Shown here in pieces: positions 61,401 to 64,000 of a stretch of DNA of 64,000 bases. The stretch's first letter is position 1; every line of letters starts with the position of its first letter. The notes below the pieces were generated by a model, which did no database searches, was not told where the DNA came from, and was given only the letters and a program-made list of their open reading frames with translations. The DNA is taken from assembly GCA_965112155.1 (NCBI GenBank), contig OZ218111.1. One strand, given 5' to 3'. The position numbers and the translations under genes were made by a program. This DNA is from Podarcis liolepis. Lineage: Eukaryota.

Positions 61401-63663
61401 GGGCACTGCTGTCCTCTGAGTCCCCCTTGGCCTCCCCTGTCACTGGTACCCAAGCCACTTTCCTCCCTCTCTTCCCCCTGCTCCCCCACCTTGTCTGCAT
61501 GGGGTGTTGCACAGCTTCGGCCAAGGCAACCAATGACCCACATGCCAGGATCCAGGACTCCTGCACTGCCAAATGGCCCATTACAGGACCATAGAAATAA
61601 AGGCAAACCCATCTGATTGGCTCCTTGCTCCATTTTCTCCCCTCCCTCGTGGTGGTTGGAGGCTAACGTGCAACCTGACAAGGCTGCAGGGACTGGGTAT
61701 TGGGCATCTCTGAAGGCAAAGCCAGGAAAAGCTGTTTCTGGGGGAGAAGGAGGCAGCATGGCCAGGGCAAGGGAGGCACTTAGTACAGCCACAGTCAGGC
61801 TGGGCCCCTCCCAGGGTTACCTGGCTTCTCGGGGCGGCTGGTGGGCTTGGAGGAGGCGCTCCTTCACCCGCCGCTTGTCCTCTTCTAGCACCTTCTTCTT
61901 GTCACAAGCACGCAGGTTGATAAGGTTGATGGCATCGCAGAGCAGGGCATCCTTCACTTCACGGTCCAGGCGGGAGTCAGTGGTGAAGCTGGGGGAGTGG
62001 TTGACCTGGAGGGGAAGAGCAATGGGGAAGGGCCTGGGTTTTACATGCAGCTTCCTTACAAGATGGCCACTCTGGGATCTGGTTTGACCCATGAGACTTC
62101 AGGACCTCCACTCCTAGGATAGAGGCATCTATTCTGATGCTTAGTTTTTTCCAATAAATAGTTTGCAGTTTTTTGTATACAGTTGCAGCTAGTTAGGTAG
62201 GGGGTAGTAAGACACTGGAGCAGTCAGGATCACAGTGGGTGCTTCAGGGAGATGGAACATGTTCCCCAAGGGCCTGAAGTGGCTGGACTGGGAATGAACG
62301 ACAGGCTGGCATACCCTGGAGGGTGTGGGGAGAAGTTTGACATTTGCAGCCAATCAGGATTGACAATTTTAAAAGAGATCTGGAAGCATCCTGACTCAGT
62401 CTCATGTGCCTGTTTGTGTTACTATTGTCTGAAGGTACCCACCCCACCTCACCTCTGACTTCCAAGGTATTTGTAGACACCTTTCCTGCTTCTTTCAAGA
62501 TACAAAAGAGTAGACATAGGAACAGAGGAAGCTGCCTTATACCGAGTCAGACCCTTGGTCCATCTAACTCAATACTGTCTACACTGACTGGTGGCAGCTC
62601 TCCAGAGTTTCAGGCAGGAGTCTCTCTCTCAACCCTACTTGGACTGAACCTGGGACCTGCTTGCCTCTACCATCTACCACTGAGTGATGGAGACTAGCTG
62701 GATCAGGGAAAAGGGACTATCAAGGAAGAGGCTGAGACTCTTCCCAGACTTCGTTGGGATCAAGAACAAAAGAGTATTCAAAATCATAGAATTGCAGAGA
62801 TGAAAGGGTCTTCCTGCAGAGAAGCAGTGCATGCTCCCATTGGGAATTCTGCTTCAGAAGGACAACAGCACTCCACGTACCTCCAAGAGCCAAGGCTTGA
62901 GCTTCCTGTCCAGGAGGATGTCGAAGCCCAGGATCTCGAAGCAAGCGCAGCCCGATATGTGGTTGGGGAAGCAGGTGCGGTAATTGTGCTTCAGCACTGG
63001 GTGGGCAGCAATGAGGGTCTTGATGATGATGTCCTCAATGTCCCGCCACAGCTCGGCTGTGTCATAGCTGTGCTCCCGCATCCAGCTGTTCAGCGTGGAC
63101 AGCTTCCTATGGGGATGAAAATGGGCTGCAGGGATGTCAAGGCCAGACTCTGCTCCTGAGGATGGCCAAACCCCAAACCCTGATCCCCACATCCACAAAG
63201 AAAGGGGCTCAGCAGGACAACCAGGACAATCCCCTTTCAGCAGGGCATATTTCCAAACAAGCATTAAGACCCTTCCCACCTTCAGCCATGTTTTTTAGTT
63301 GGAGATGCTACCAGAGATTGAACATGGGATCTTCTCCATATAAAATGTGTCCCCTCTTCCCCTCCTCCATAATGCTGATGGCCTGAGTGACCTTGGATAA
63401 GTTTCTGGCTAAGAGGAAACCTGAACCCGTGCATTGTCCCCCACCCTGCACTGTCCTTCCAGCTTGCATTGCTTCCAGCTGCCTCTGCCCATCTAAGCAG
63501 TCACTTTAGCAGAAGGCAGCTTCCCCCAAGCAGAAGGCCCAGCTCTGCTCCTGCAGAGGGCTTGGCAAGGAAAATACCTCTTGCTGCCTGTATTGTCATC
63601 ACGCACAAAGTTCTCGTTATGCTTGTTGATGGCGTAGTTGGTCAGGTGCATACATATGTCTTC
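58415..63663 (-). CDS. TTLL13: Tubulin polyglutamylase TTLL13 (TTLL6/13 group), 3' part; the gene continues beyond the window end
   Basis: Minus-strand exons 63663-63578 (CMHLTNYAINKHN), 63106-62881 (CFEILGFDILLD..KPWLLE), 62005-61821 (VNHSPSFTTDS), 61323-61135, 61010-60839, 60146-59946 and 59491-59140. The exon structure below 59140 is uncertain (open frame to about 58535, possible terminal exon 58427-58415). Adjacency to NGRN favours TTLL13 over TTLL6. Confidence 0.85.
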
Positions 63664-64000
63664 CTGCAAGAGAGACAGTGGGAGGGTTTACTGTCCGCAC
63701 CTGGGGGCCCGTTCCCCTCCTGCCTAGGTTCCCTGGACCAACAGCATTCATCAGTCCTGCCTGAGCAGTGCCAGAACCCTCTTGCCCCCATGCCTCAGTG
63801 CTGCCTGTCATGGGATGCAAGGAGGGCAGTTCATTTTCCTGACAGCATCTCTCAAGCAAGTCCATTGAATGGATCTGGGTTGATCTTTCACTTGCAAAGT
63901 GCCACAGGGACACTACATCCACCCACCCCCTCTTGGAGAGCTCCCAGAAATCACATCAGGCACCACAACAGCTTATTATTCTACAAAGCAAATGCCAGTT

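Overview
Eukaryotic (vertebrate) genomic DNA, most likely from a squamate reptile and probably a lacertid lizard, inferred from a Sauria-SINE-like element and from BovB/RTE, CR1, L2 and Penelope-like fragments. It is a gene-dense, GC-rich block with small introns, syntenic with human 15q26.1. Genes in order: 3' end of MAN2A2 (+), a three-coding-exon Shisa-like (SHISAL1/KIAA1644-type) membrane-protein gene (+), UNC45A (+, complete), RCCD1 (+, complete), PRC1 (-, complete), VPS33B (-, complete), HDDC3/MESH1 (-, complete), NGRN (-, complete) and the 3' half of TTLL13 (-). I read the exon/intron boundaries by hand using GT/GC-AG signals and phase continuity. Gene names come from recalled similarity to vertebrate orthologues, not from a database search. 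The most notable observation is the SHISAL1-like gene between MAN2A2 and UNC45A: its last coding exon runs through the UNC45A CpG-island promoter and first coding exon in a different reading frame, with no polyA signal of its own. Other points: two GC-AG introns, a conserved MAN2A2 cassette exon, a long-inverted-repeat (foldback-like) element upstream of RCCD1, a solo LTR nested in a CR1, a young-looking L1 fragment, and two clusters of unexplained splice-site-flanked candidate exons. Most ORFs in the supplied track are spurious.
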